64,000 bases of DNA from Lentisphaeria bacterium (GTDB lineage Bacteria > Verrucomicrobiota > Lentisphaeria > JABSQK01 > JAWLHB01): contig JAWLHB010000003.1 of the NCBI GenBank assembly GCA_041690595.1, positions 124,001 through 188,000 of the forward strand, written 5' to 3'. Every line of letters begins with the position of its first letter. Position 1 is the stretch's first letter. The translations under genes and the position numbers were made by a program. Shown here piece after piece: positions 39,290-49,287 of the stretch. The notes under the pieces were generated by a model. It did no database searches. It was not told the origin of the DNA and saw only the letters and a program-made list of their open reading frames with translations.

Positions 39290-40669
39290 TCAGTGCTCTC
39301 CTCCGTGGTGTGGATTAGCCTGCGGCAACACGCCCTTCACCTCGGATATGGCAATCGCCGGCAGGAATCTGAGGAATAACAGGAAGAAGGTGAAAAACAG
39401 CCCGAAGGAGCCGACAAAAATGCCAATGTCGAAGATCGTCGGACGGAAGTAGTCCCAGCTGGAGGGGAGATAATCCTGCGCCAGTGAGGTCACGGTGATG
39501 ACGAAGCGTTCGAACCACATGCCGATATTGATGAGGATCGAGGCCACGAACATCCAGGGTATGCAGCGCCGCGCTTTTTTCCACCAGAACGCCTGGGGAA
39601 CAACGACGTTACAGAAGATCATTGTCCAATAAGCCCACGCATACGGCCCGAAAGCCCGGTTGATGAAAATCGCCGTCTCGTAGATGTTTCCCGAATAGGC
39701 AGCCACGAAGAATTCGCAGCCATAGGCATAGCCGACCAGCATGCCGGTCAGCAGCATCACCTTGTTCATCGTTTCCAGGTGCCGCAACGTGATGAAGTCT
39801 TCCAAGTGATAGATTTTTCGCGCGATGATACCCAGCGTCATCACCATGGCAAAGCCACTGAATACCGCGCCAGCCACAAAGTACGGGGGAAAGATCGTCG
39901 TGTGCCAGCCGGGAACGATGCTGACGGCAAAGTCGAAGCTGACCACCGTATGGACCGAGAGGACCAGCGGGGTCGAGATGCCGGCCAGAATCAGGTAGGC
40001 CTTCTCGTAATGCTGCCATTGGCGATTGCCGCCGCGCCAGCCGAAGGCGAAGAAACCATAGATGAAGCGGCGGATCTTACCCGTCGAACGATCGCGCAAC
40101 GTGGCCAGATCGGGAATCAGCCCCACGAACCAGAAGAGACAGGAGACGGTGAAGTAGGTACCCACGGCGAAGACGTCCCACAGTAGTGGGCTGCGGAAGT
40201 TCGGCCACATCTGCATCTGATTCGGCAACGGGAACATCCAGTACGCGACCCACACGCGGCCTATGTGAATGCCGGGGAAGACCAGCGCACACATCACCGC
40301 AAAGATCGTCATCGCTTCCGCGAAGCGATTGATCGAGGTCCGCCACTTCTGCCTGAAGAGGAAGAGGATCGCCGAAATGAGCGTACCAGCGTGACCGATA
40401 CCCACCCACCAGACAAAGTTCACGATAGCCCATCCCCAGCCGACCGGATTGTTCAGACCCCAGATGCCGGTGCCTTCCCAGATCAGGTAGAGGATGAGTG
40501 TCTTCATCATGAAGAGCAAGCCCAGTGCGGCGAGAAAACAGACCCACCAACCTTTGTTGGGCTGCTTGCCTTCGGTAAGCTCGCTGATTCGCTGCGTGAC
40601 CGAGGCAAAGGTGGGATTGCCTGTCACCAGCGGCTCCAACTGCGTATTCAATTCCTTAATCGCGCTCAT
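39290..40669 (-). CDS. actC: Alternative complex III subunit C (NrfD/PsrC family)
   Basis: [58 protein letters not shown]. Confidence 0.96.
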   Translation of the reverse strand: MSAIKELNTQLEPLVTGNPTFASVTQRISELTEGKQPNKGWWVCFLAALGLLFMMKTLILYLIWEGTGIWGLNNPVGWGWAIVNFVWWVGIGHAGTLISAILFLFRQKWRTSINRFAEAMTIFAVMCALVFPGIHIGRVWVAYWMFPLPNQMQMWPNFRSPLLWDVFAVGTYFTVSCLFWFVGLIPDLATLRDRSTGKIRRFIYGFFAFGWRGGNRQWQHYEKAYLILAGISTPLVLSVHTVVSFDFAVSIVPGWHTTIFPPYFVAGAVFSGFAMVMTLGIIARKIYHLEDFITLRHLETMNKVMLLTGMLVGYAYGCEFFVAAYSGNIYETAIFINRAFGPYAWAYWTMIFCNVVVPQAFWWKKARRCIPWMFVASILINIGMWFERFVITVTSLAQDYLPSSWDYFRPTIFDIGIFVGSFGLFFTFFLLFLRFLPAIAISEVKGVLPQANPHHGGEH

Positions 40670-40674
40670 TAATG

Positions 40675-43600
40675 TCAGTGACCCTCATGTCCATTGGCGG
40701 CCGAATCGTCAGGCGCCAGATGCTCGTTCGAATTCCGCATCCTTCCGAGGTAGGAGGTGCGCGGCCGTGTGTTGATCTCTTGCAGGATCTGGTAATTGCG
40801 CGGGTTGCGCTTGAGGGCCGTCACCCGCTCCTTTTCATTATTGATATTGCCGAAACTGATGGCGTTGACGGGGCATGCCTGCTGGCAGGCTGTCTGTACA
40901 TCGCCCGCGCGGATCTCCCGGCCATCCACCTTGGAGGTGATGCGCGCCTGGTTGATCCGCTGGGTGCAGTAGGTGCATTTTTCCATGACCCCCCGGAAGC
41001 GCACGGTCACGTCCGGATTCATCGCCATCTGAACGGTTTCAGGGATGTCCTTCGTATAATTGAAGAAATTGAAGCGGCGAACTTTGTAGGGGCAATTATT
41101 GGAGCAGTACCGGGTACCGATGCAGCGATTGTAGACCATGGTGTTGAGCCCCTCATGGTCATGCGTGGTCGCGGTCACCGGACAGACCTGCTCGCAGGGC
41201 GCATTCTCGCAATGTTGGCAGGGTACCGGCTGCATGACAACGCCTTGCGGATCCTCGATCGGTCCCTTGTAGTACCGGTCGACGCGAATCCAGTGCATTT
41301 CACGCCCCTTTCCAACCTGCGTCTTTCCAATCACCGGAATATTGTTTTCGCTCTGGCAGGCGATCGTGCAGGCGCTGCAGCCGGTGCAACGATTCAGGTC
41401 GATTGTCATCCCCCACTGATAGCCCTTGCTGTAATCCACGGGAGGCTCCCACAATTGATGGGGCTCATGATAATGGGCTTCGGGATAGAGCTTGCCGTTC
41501 TCCTTGAAGGCGGTCAGTTCCGCTTCGCGCACCAGCGGGCGCCCCTCCATGCTGTGGTGATCCTGAGTGATCGCCAGCTCATAGGTGCCAATGCTCTTGC
41601 GGACTTCCACGCTCGGCACGATGTGCGCTGCATCCGTCGTCCGCAGCAGGTAGGTGTTGAAGCCGACGCCGTGACCAACGCTCAGCACCGCTTCCGCTTC
41701 CGGTCGACCGTACCCCAGCGCCAGGCTGATGCAGTTGTCCGCATGTCCGGGCTGAATGTAAAGAGCGAGAGCCAGGCTGGCGCCACCGATGCTGATATCG
41801 ATCATATCGAATTTCAGCTCGCCAAGCTTGTTGAGCTTGCGCATGGCACCGAGCTTGCGCGCCGTGGTCGGGCTGACGATGGCCGCGTTGTCCCATGTGA
41901 TCTTCGTAATCGGATCCGGCACTTCCTGCAGCCAGCCATTGTTGGCGAAGCGACCATCATGAAGCGCGGTGCTGGGCCCGAAGACAACCTCGATGGCCTC
42001 TTCGTTCGTCGTCAAATCCAGCGTGGTCACAGCCTGCCGGATGCCATCGGCACTGATGGTGACCTGGGCCGGACGATAGCTGCTGTTCTTCAGAACCCCG
42101 TCATGCAGGAGCCGTTTCCAGTTGGTCTCGAAGCCGACGGCGCCATCAAAACGTTCCGCCCAGCTTTCGCGAACCAAGTCATGGGCGGTCGCTTCTTCGC
42201 CGGTGGCAATAAGGTTGAGAATGGTCAAGTCGCTGTGGCTGTCGGCGTGGAGCGGTGCAATCAGCGGCTGAACGAGGCTGAGCGTTCCATCGAGTGCCCG
42301 CGCATCGCCCCAACTCTCAAGGAAGTTTGTGCGGGAGATGTGCCATAGGCATCGCTCCGAAGTCGCGTCGTACAACTCGGAGAGATGTGCCGTAAACCCG
42401 ACTTCACCGAGCGCTTTGCCAAAGTCAAGGTCGGCCGGAGCATTGTAAACAGGATTGCCGCCAAGAATGAAGAGCGTGCTGATCTTCTTGTCCGCCATGT
42501 CGGCGGTCAGATCCCGCAAGGCCTTCATGTCGGAGCGGATCGTATCGAGCGGCTCCACATAGGTAACGGCGGTGCCGATGCTTCCCAGCCGGTGGTTGAT
42601 TGCCGCCACCAGCGCATGGACCGCGGCCGGTTGCCGCCGCCCTGCCACCACCAGACCGTGGCTACCCGCGCGGCGAAGATCCTCGACCGCATTCTCGATC
42701 CAGACAGGATCCAGCTCACCCGCGGGCGCCTCCAGATCCGTCACGCCGTTCACGCCCAGCGCTTTCGCCACGGCCACCGCTACAGCGGCGATACGTGAAG
42801 CCTTCAGGCGCAGGCGGTGATCGGCCATGCCGCCGGTAACGGTGTAAGCCGGTTCCGCGACATAGAGGCGGTTCATCGTGCTCTTGTTGGCCGGCATGTC
42901 CGGGTCGCGGCGATTGGCAAAATCGTACGAATTGCGAATCGCGTTCTCCTCGGTCATGAGAAAATCGGCATCCAGCGCAAGGATCGTGTCGGCCTTGTCG
43001 AAATGAGGCAAGGGACGCAGGGAGGTACCGGTAGCAAGAGCGGTGCCCTCATGTGCATTCTCCGAACCGAGCGCTTCATAGGCCACCCAGCGAAGCTTTG
43101 GATACTTCTGCTCGATGGCACGCTTCAGGCGCGCAACGGTGGGTGAGGAGGTTGCCTCCGAGAGGACGGCCAGCCCATCGCCGCCCGTCTCCCCCAGCCC
43201 TGAGGTCAGGCTGGTGAGCGCTTCGGCAAAGTCCTTCCACTCGGCCGGCTGACCGCCGCGCAAAGTGCGCGGTGAGCGGTTGGGATCATAAAGACCCAGG
43301 ATGCTTGCCTGCACCTGCATGCTCGACTTGCCCAGCGTAGCCGGATGATCGGGATTACCCTCGATCTTGGTCGGCCGGCCTTCATGCGATTCCACGACAA
43401 GACCAAACGCCTCTTCGCCGAATGGCATCGTGGTCGCATAATATAGCGGTACGCCTGGGATAACATCCTCGGGTGGACGCACGTAGGGCACGATATGGTT
43501 CACCGGTCGGCGGCAGGCGGTCAAACCGCCCAAAGCCATCGACGCGGACATCAGTTGCAGAAACTGTCGGCGGTTCACGCTGCCGGTTGCCGTTTCCTCA

Positions 43601-43716
43601 TCGAGATAAGGAAACTCGCGCTCGACATAGCGCTGGAATTCGGGAGTCCCCTCCAGCTCGTTGACGCTGCGCCAGTAGGGATTGTGAGATTCAGGTTCTT
43701 TATTTACCGATGACAT
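40675..43716 (-). CDS. actB: Alternative complex III subunit B (molybdopterin-oxidoreductase-like + 4Fe-4S domains)
   Basis: YWRS, NRRQFLQ Tat motif then [65 protein letters not shown]. Confidence 0.96.
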   Translation of the reverse strand: MSSVNKEPESHNPYWRSVNELEGTPEFQRYVEREFPYLDEETATGSVNRRQFLQLMSASMALGGLTACRRPVNHIVPYVRPPEDVIPGVPLYYATTMPFGEEAFGLVVESHEGRPTKIEGNPDHPATLGKSSMQVQASILGLYDPNRSPRTLRGGQPAEWKDFAEALTSLTSGLGETGGDGLAVLSEATSSPTVARLKRAIEQKYPKLRWVAYEALGSENAHEGTALATGTSLRPLPHFDKADTILALDADFLMTEENAIRNSYDFANRRDPDMPANKSTMNRLYVAEPAYTVTGGMADHRLRLKASRIAAVAVAVAKALGVNGVTDLEAPAGELDPVWIENAVEDLRRAGSHGLVVAGRRQPAAVHALVAAINHRLGSIGTAVTYVEPLDTIRSDMKALRDLTADMADKKISTLFILGGNPVYNAPADLDFGKALGEVGFTAHLSELYDATSERCLWHISRTNFLESWGDARALDGTLSLVQPLIAPLHADSHSDLTILNLIATGEEATAHDLVRESWAERFDGAVGFETNWKRLLHDGVLKNSSYRPAQVTISADGIRQAVTTLDLTTNEEAIEVVFGPSTALHDGRFANNGWLQEVPDPITKITWDNAAIVSPTTARKLGAMRKLNKLGELKFDMIDISIGGASLALALYIQPGHADNCISLALGYGRPEAEAVLSVGHGVGFNTYLLRTTDAAHIVPSVEVRKSIGTYELAITQDHHSMEGRPLVREAELTAFKENGKLYPEAHYHEPHQLWEPPVDYSKGYQWGMTIDLNRCTGCSACTIACQSENNIPVIGKTQVGKGREMHWIRVDRYYKGPIEDPQGVVMQPVPCQHCENAPCEQVCPVTATTHDHEGLNTMVYNRCIGTRYCSNNCPYKVRRFNFFNYTKDIPETVQMAMNPDVTVRFRGVMEKCTYCTQRINQARITSKVDGREIRAGDVQTACQQACPVNAISFGNINNEKERVTALKRNPRNYQILQEINTRPRTSYLGRMRNSNEHLAPDDSAANGHEGH

Positions 43717-44357
43717 GCTGAGCAGTCCGTTCGCGGATTGATGTTCTTCTTCTCCATGATCTCTTTGGCGAACGCGAGCTGGTTTTCCCCCGGCTGCCAT
43801 TCCATATCCGTGACGGACGTAGCCGTCAGGTCGCGCAGGTGGGGGGTCGGATCGCGATGGCAATCCAGGCACCAGCCCATGCTTAATGATTTCTTCAGCG
43901 TAACGACTTCCATCTGGTCGACCCGGTCATGACAACTGGCGCAACCAACGCCTGCGGCCAGATGGACGGAATGGTCGAAGTAGGCGTAGTCCGGAATCTT
44001 GTGAACGCGGATCCATTCCATCGGTTTGCCGCTCTGCCAACTCTGTCGGATGGGGGCGAGCTGTTCACTCTCGGGCAGGACAAGTTGATGGCAGTTCATG
44101 CAGGTCTGAGTCGGCGGCACATTGGCCTCATGCGACTGATCGACGAAGTTGTGGCAGTAACGACAGTCCATGCCGAGATCGCCCACGTGCATTTTGTGGC
44201 TGAACGGCACCGGTTGCACCGGTTGATATCCGACATCGGTATATTCGGGAGAACCGTAATACCAGATGAACCCAACCGTCAGCAGGCCAGCCATGGCAGC
44301 TCCGGCTCCCGCCACGAAATGCAACAGATTAAACCATTTTGGGAATATCTGCGCCAA
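43704..44357 (-). CDS. actA: Alternative complex III subunit A (pentaheme cytochrome c)
   Basis: TM helix then QPVPFSH; CRYCH, CMNCH, CASCH, CLDCH, CSACH; TTG start after AAGGAAG. Confidence 0.95.
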   Translation of the reverse strand: MAQIFPKWFNLLHFVAGAGAAMAGLLTVGFIWYYGSPEYTDVGYQPVQPVPFSHKMHVGDLGMDCRYCHNFVDQSHEANVPPTQTCMNCHQLVLPESEQLAPIRQSWQSGKPMEWIRVHKIPDYAYFDHSVHLAAGVGCASCHDRVDQMEVVTLKKSLSMGWCLDCHRDPTPHLRDLTATSVTDMEWQPGENQLAFAKEIMEKKNINPRTDCSACHR

Positions 44358-44413
44358 TGTAATTCACTTCCTTGACTAGACGTTTCAACTAAGGTAAGCC
44401 GGCAAAAAGGCGC

Positions 44414-44442
44414 AATATAACGCCGTTCGCCAAGCACTACAA
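44414..44442 (-). promoter_or_regulatory. Possible internal sigma70 promoter TTGTAG-N17-TATATT before actA, overlapping a weak hairpin + T5
   Basis: Read on the minus strand in the ctaB-actA gap. Confidence 0.3.
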
Positions 44443-45327
44443 CGTGACCAGGGGAAATCCGAAAAGGCCTTCCAGTATCACCACGAAAAAGAGGGCCAGA
44501 AGATAGATGATGGAAAACTTGAACAAGCTGAACTCCGCCTGGCGTGTCCGGCACTTGAGCGCCGAAAAGGCCTTCCGCATGAAGAAGATGCCAAGCAATA
44601 CGGCGCTGACCAGGTAGAGCCAGCCAGTGCCGAAAGCGCCGAGAACGAGCGTTACGAAGACCATGGCGAGAGTATAGAACCACATCTGGCGAAGCGTGGC
44701 CAGATCGCCCCGTATAACCGGCATCATCGGCAGCTTCACCTTGCGGTAATCGTCCTGCAGATAGAGGGCCAGCGCCCAGAAGTGGGGAGGAGTCCAGAGA
44801 AAGATGATCAGAAACATCAGCCAGGCCGCAATACCGACAGTATTGGCTGCCGCTGCCCAGGCGATGACCGGCCCCATCGCACCGGCTGCGCCGCCTATCA
44901 CAATGTTGTGCACGGTGTTCGGCTTCAACCAGAGCGTGTAGAAAAGGCCATAGAAGAGAATTGTCCCCAAGCTCAGCAGCGCACTCAGCCAGTTGAAGAG
45001 GACGGCAAAAATAACGACCCCGATGATGCCGATACCAATGGCGAAGGCCAGCGCGCTGCCGGGCCGAACCTGCTTCATCGGGAGGGGACGCCGGCTTCGG
45101 GTGCGCGACATCTGCGCATCGATATCGCGTTCGAAGTACTGGTTCAACGCGTTCGCCGAACCACCCGAACAGAAGAGGCCGAACAAGACCAGCAGGAACG
45201 CCAGAGGGCGCCCAAGCAGACTCCCTTCCACGACAAGGCCGGCGGCACCAGTCACCACCACCAGCAACATGATGGTCGGCTTTGTCAGCTTCAAATAGGC
45301 CCTGACTTGTGGAATGAGCTTTACCAT
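44437..45327 (-). CDS. ctaB: Heme O synthase (protoheme IX farnesyltransferase)
   Basis: LTKP, NQYFERDIDAQMSRTRSRRPLP, NIVIGGAAGA, WTPPHFWALA, DDYRKVKLPMMP. Confidence 0.96.
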   Translation of the reverse strand: MVKLIPQVRAYLKLTKPTIMLLVVVTGAAGLVVEGSLLGRPLAFLLVLFGLFCSGGSANALNQYFERDIDAQMSRTRSRRPLPMKQVRPGSALAFAIGIGIIGVVIFAVLFNWLSALLSLGTILFYGLFYTLWLKPNTVHNIVIGGAAGAMGPVIAWAAAANTVGIAAWLMFLIIFLWTPPHFWALALYLQDDYRKVKLPMMPVIRGDLATLRQMWFYTLAMVFVTLVLGAFGTGWLYLVSAVLLGIFFMRKAFSALKCRTRQAEFSLFKFSIIYLLALFFVVILEGLFGFPLVTL

Positions 45328-45652
45328 GAATGAAGTCGCAGCCGCCTATCGTGACATGTTGCATGATTTCCGAGCCAAGAATACCGACTCCGCATAGAGC
45401 CGCCCAAAAATCAGAATCATTTAATGTATGTATACTTTCAGGCTTTTTCCATGGCCTAAGTAAACTTTTTCCGCGAAATCTTTCGGCTTTCCAGAGCGCT
45501 GGCGGTAGCCCCTTCAACAACCATAGGCGCGACGCGCGCGCCTCCTTCGCGAAAACGCGCCTACTATAGCGTCAGTCACTGCCAAGGCGGCAATCTATCG
45601 TGCAATTTTCCACGGACGTACCCTCTGTTGTGGCGGAAAAGCAGCGACCTTT

Positions 45653-45681
45653 TTGACTCCCGAGCCATTGTATGCTACAAT
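45653..45681 (+). promoter_or_regulatory. Near-consensus sigma70 promoter TTGACT-N17-TACAAT with TG extension
   Basis: 57 bp upstream of ATG 45739. Confidence 0.7.
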
Positions 45682-45738
45682 TCATTATACCTGCGGCAGG
45701 GAATGACTCCTGTCGTTTTACTCGGTGGTGAAAACAGC

Positions 45739-48700
45739 ATGCAGATCCGCATACTCGCTCTTGGTCTGGCCGCGTTCATAATGAATCTGGCGCTCCCCCT
45801 TTCGGCAGCCGACCAATCAGCTGTCGACAACGGCATCATCTTTCACCTGACCTTCCAGGAAGATGGCATTGCCCGGCTGGCGGGCGGCCTTGGCCATCCC
45901 CTGACGCTGGAGGCAGGCTCCATGGAGACCGGCTTCGAAGACTCAGCCTACCGCTTCGAACCGCCCTATCGCAACTACTTGCCCGCCTCGCTGGCAACGC
46001 CATCGCCTTCGCTACACGGCTTCACCGCCGGCGATGGCGTCGCCCTCGTCGTCAAGCCGGATGGCTGGCAGCGGACTCCGGCGATTGTAGCCAACGGCCC
46101 TGCCGGCATGCTCTGGCGGACGGATCCCACGGAGCTTACAGGTATTCGCCACCCGCACCGGAACACCAAGACGCTGATTGGCTCCGTCTATCTGCGGGCC
46201 GGCGTGTCAGGCATTCGTGTACGACTCACCCTGCGCGATGAAATTGACGGGACAGAGTGGCAGACGGCCATCGCGGAAGCCAATGCTGCGGCGCTGGAGA
46301 AGGACGCCGAGGCCAATATCGTCTCGCCTATTGCCACCCAGCATCATGACCAGGAGTTGGAGTTGAGCGAGGAATGGCAGCGGGTGATCGTGCGAATCAC
46401 CGTTGACGCGAGGCGTCCGGTGCAGCGGCTCTCTCTCCAGTTGACACGTCTCGATGGCGACGGAGCAGTGGAGACAAGCGCCCTTCAGCTGGAGCAGGGC
46501 GCACAATATCCGGACCAGAAGACGCATGCCGCCCCGTGGATTCCCGGAGGGGAGGTACGGGCAGGAAATTCCTTGTCTCTTCCTTTGTCGACCGTTGGTC
46601 TGAATGCCGATGCGGGGACGATGGCGGCCTGGTATCGGCTGCCCGAACCCGAAGGAGGCGGCACCCGGCAGGGGTACCTCGTCTGTGCCGGTGGCGGATG
46701 GTGGCAACCAATCTGGGAGCTGCGCGACGGCCTCGCTTACATGGGCGATCCCGGTGCCGAGAAGTACAGCGGCGGTGGCAGAATTCCATTCCGCAGCACG
46801 ACGCACGATGGCGAGTGGCATCACCTGGCCATGACATGGCAGGAGAATGAGTGCGTCGTCTACCTCGACGGTCAGGAAAAGGGGCGTAACGCCTATCCCA
46901 AAGCCGAACCCTCGCCGACGGCCAGGCTGCTGATCGGCGCAACCTCACTTTCTGGAGCCACCAGCTCGGCCATCGTCGATGAGGTGGTCATCTGGAACCG
47001 CGCCCTGAGCGCGGAAGAGCTGGCGGCGCTGGCGAGCCGGAGCGTATCTCCAAAACTGGCGCCTGAGCTGTCGCTGGCCGCGCCCCCTCGGACGATTTTT
47101 CATCGCGGTGAAGCTTCCGCGACTTTGCCGCTGCGAGTACTGGCCGGGGCCGAGGGCGGGCCGCGCCAGGTGACGGTTGTCTCACCCGAGTTGGCGCTGA
47201 ACGAGGAGATCACCCTGTCGGAGAGTGGGATTGGCGAACTTCGGCTTCACCCTTGGAAAGCTACCGCGGGCCGTCACACCATCGGTGCCAGCAGCACGGA
47301 CGGTCGAATCGATGCAATACTGACCATCGAGGTGGTTGCGTCCCTGCCGGTAACGGATTTCCAGACGGTCGGCTGGGGGGACTGGGAAGCATCACTCGAC
47401 TATCCATTCACCAGCGCCATGGCGCCGCTTCCGGCCATGTCACCGATACTCCGCAATGGTCGCCATGCCTCCCTGCGCATCGATGAACGGGCTACCCACC
47501 CTCTCGATCCGATCCGCTATCCTGCCAACCTGGAGGGTGCGCGGCGGCAGGCCGTCGAGGCAGCGCCGTGGCCGCACATCGGCATGGTGCTGCTCAACAC
47601 CGAGGTCGGCATGGGGGCGTTCCCCACGGACGAATGGTTCCAGGAGTGGATGCAGGCCGAGATTGGCCTCACCGAGATACCTGCCAGCGTCAAGCTTGGG
47701 CCGCTGCGGGTAGCGGATCCAGAGACGCCACCAGTGCTGCCATTGGACGATCCAGCCTTGCGCTTCGTCCGCTGGATGAATGGCCCGGGAAAGGGATGGC
47801 CGCGTTTCAATCACGAGTTGGCTGAAGTCATGCGCGATGCTGGCATGGAGGAGAGTCTATTCTATACGGATCAGCCACACGTCGTCGATGATGTGCGCGG
47901 CCATGACATGGTCGAGTACTGGCACTATCCGCATGTACCCGGCGGCTTTGTCACCGATGTGAACCGGGTAGCTAACGTGGCGCGCCTGGCGGGAGTCAAG
48001 CTGATGGTGACCCCCGGCAGCATCTTCTGGGATCCCTGGGATCTGAAGGTAGACGGCAAGACCGTCTGCATGCCGCCGGACATGATGCGTCTCTACCTGT
48101 GGATCGCTGCCGCCAATCCTGTCGACCACCTTGGCTTCTGGGGCTTTGGCAATCTCAAGAACAACGATTTCGGGGCGGCGGGGACCATTGCCGCCTTGAA
48201 GGAGACGCTGCCGGCCATCCAGCCAATTGGCTTGCTGACCGGAGGCCTGCCGACGGCGTCGGCCCGGGTCGCCTATCTGCAGACGGACGGCCAGTCGTGG
48301 ATTGGCCCTGGGGATAATCAGTGGGGCATCTGGTGGTTCAATCGCATGGCAACACGCTCACTGGCCGAAGCGCATCTGCCCTTCGACTGGATCGGAGACG
48401 AACACGTGGCGGCTGGCTGGTTGTCACGCTACGACGTCGTCTTCATGCCAGGCGGCTGGACAGTGCCACAGGATACCTTCCAGGCGCTGGTTGACTACGC
48501 GCGCCAGGGAGGGAAGGTGGTGGTCGACACCCGCTGCCGGGCGGAGATTCCGGGCGCGGAGGTGCTGGACATCGGCAGCCAGAAAGGTCGGTCCGCCGGC
48601 ACGGATCACGTCGAGACTCTGCAGAACTGGGCGCGCACCATGCGGGATGCCTATCCGGTCACGACGCGAGTTCGCGGCGAGGACCTTGCCTGGATCTACG

Positions 48701-49284
48701 AGAAGATCGAGGGCGACGCCCGCTTTATCTTCGTGCTCAACGACAGCTTCGAGCCGGGCGTGCTCGCCGAGCACGGGGTCTCGGCCAATCTTGGCACCCG
48801 TACTGGCGCTCCGCACGACAAGGGTCTGCCTCAGGAGGTTGTTCTGACCCTGCCGCGGCCTGCCGGCGCGCTACTCTACGATGCCCGTTCCGGCGCCGAA
48901 CTCTCGCTGGAGAACGACACCGTATCCCTGGCGCTTCCTGCCGGCGATGCCGCGGTCCTGGCGCTGGTTCCGGAGCGCATTGTCAGTCTGAATGCAGAGG
49001 CCCCGAAGCTACTTCTCCCCGGCGATGAAGGCCTCTTGAGTATCCGTATCGAGGGTGCCACGGGCACCCCGATCGTCCATCGCGATGTGCTCACCGTCAC
49101 CGGAAGCTACGCAGATGGCACCCCCATCGATATGCCCGCCATGTATCGCGTGAACAACGGCCAACTGACCATCCCCCTGCGCCTCCCGCTGAACGCCCCA
49201 GCCGGCCCCTTGCGCATCTCGCTGACAGAGCAGCTGGCCGGCCTGCAACAGTCGATCGTCGTCACCGTCACCACACCACGGTAA
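45739..49284 (+). CDS. Large secreted protein with LamG domain and GH42-like/trimerisation-type domains
   Basis: Signal peptide; HDGEWHHLAMTW...VYLDG...DEVVIWNRALS (LamG); LSRYDVVFMPG...LVDYARQGGKVV (GH42 trimerisation-like). Confidence 0.7.
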   Translation: MQIRILALGLAAFIMNLALPLSAADQSAVDNGIIFHLTFQEDGIARLAGGLGHPLTLEAGSMETGFEDSAYRFEPPYRNYLPASLATPSPSLHGFTAGDGVALVVKPDGWQRTPAIVANGPAGMLWRTDPTELTGIRHPHRNTKTLIGSVYLRAGVSGIRVRLTLRDEIDGTEWQTAIAEANAAALEKDAEANIVSPIATQHHDQELELSEEWQRVIVRITVDARRPVQRLSLQLTRLDGDGAVETSALQLEQGAQYPDQKTHAAPWIPGGEVRAGNSLSLPLSTVGLNADAGTMAAWYRLPEPEGGGTRQGYLVCAGGGWWQPIWELRDGLAYMGDPGAEKYSGGGRIPFRSTTHDGEWHHLAMTWQENECVVYLDGQEKGRNAYPKAEPSPTARLLIGATSLSGATSSAIVDEVVIWNRALSAEELAALASRSVSPKLAPELSLAAPPRTIFHRGEASATLPLRVLAGAEGGPRQVTVVSPELALNEEITLSESGIGELRLHPWKATAGRHTIGASSTDGRIDAILTIEVVASLPVTDFQTVGWGDWEASLDYPFTSAMAPLPAMSPILRNGRHASLRIDERATHPLDPIRYPANLEGARRQAVEAAPWPHIGMVLLNTEVGMGAFPTDEWFQEWMQAEIGLTEIPASVKLGPLRVADPETPPVLPLDDPALRFVRWMNGPGKGWPRFNHELAEVMRDAGMEESLFYTDQPHVVDDVRGHDMVEYWHYPHVPGGFVTDVNRVANVARLAGVKLMVTPGSIFWDPWDLKVDGKTVCMPPDMMRLYLWIAAANPVDHLGFWGFGNLKNNDFGAAGTIAALKETLPAIQPIGLLTGGLPTASARVAYLQTDGQSWIGPGDNQWGIWWFNRMATRSLAEAHLPFDWIGDEHVAAGWLSRYDVVFMPGGWTVPQDTFQALVDYARQGGKVVVDTRCRAEIPGAEVLDIGSQKGRSAGTDHVETLQNWARTMRDAYPVTTRVRGEDLAWIYEKIEGDARFIFVLNDSFEPGVLAEHGVSANLGTRTGAPHDKGLPQEVVLTLPRPAGALLYDARSGAELSLENDTVSLALPAGDAAVLALVPERIVSLNAEAPKLLLPGDEGLLSIRIEGATGTPIVHRDVLTVTGSYADGTPIDMPAMYRVNNGQLTIPLRLPLNAPAGPLRISLTEQLAGLQQSIVVTVTTPR

Positions 49285-49287
49285 ACT

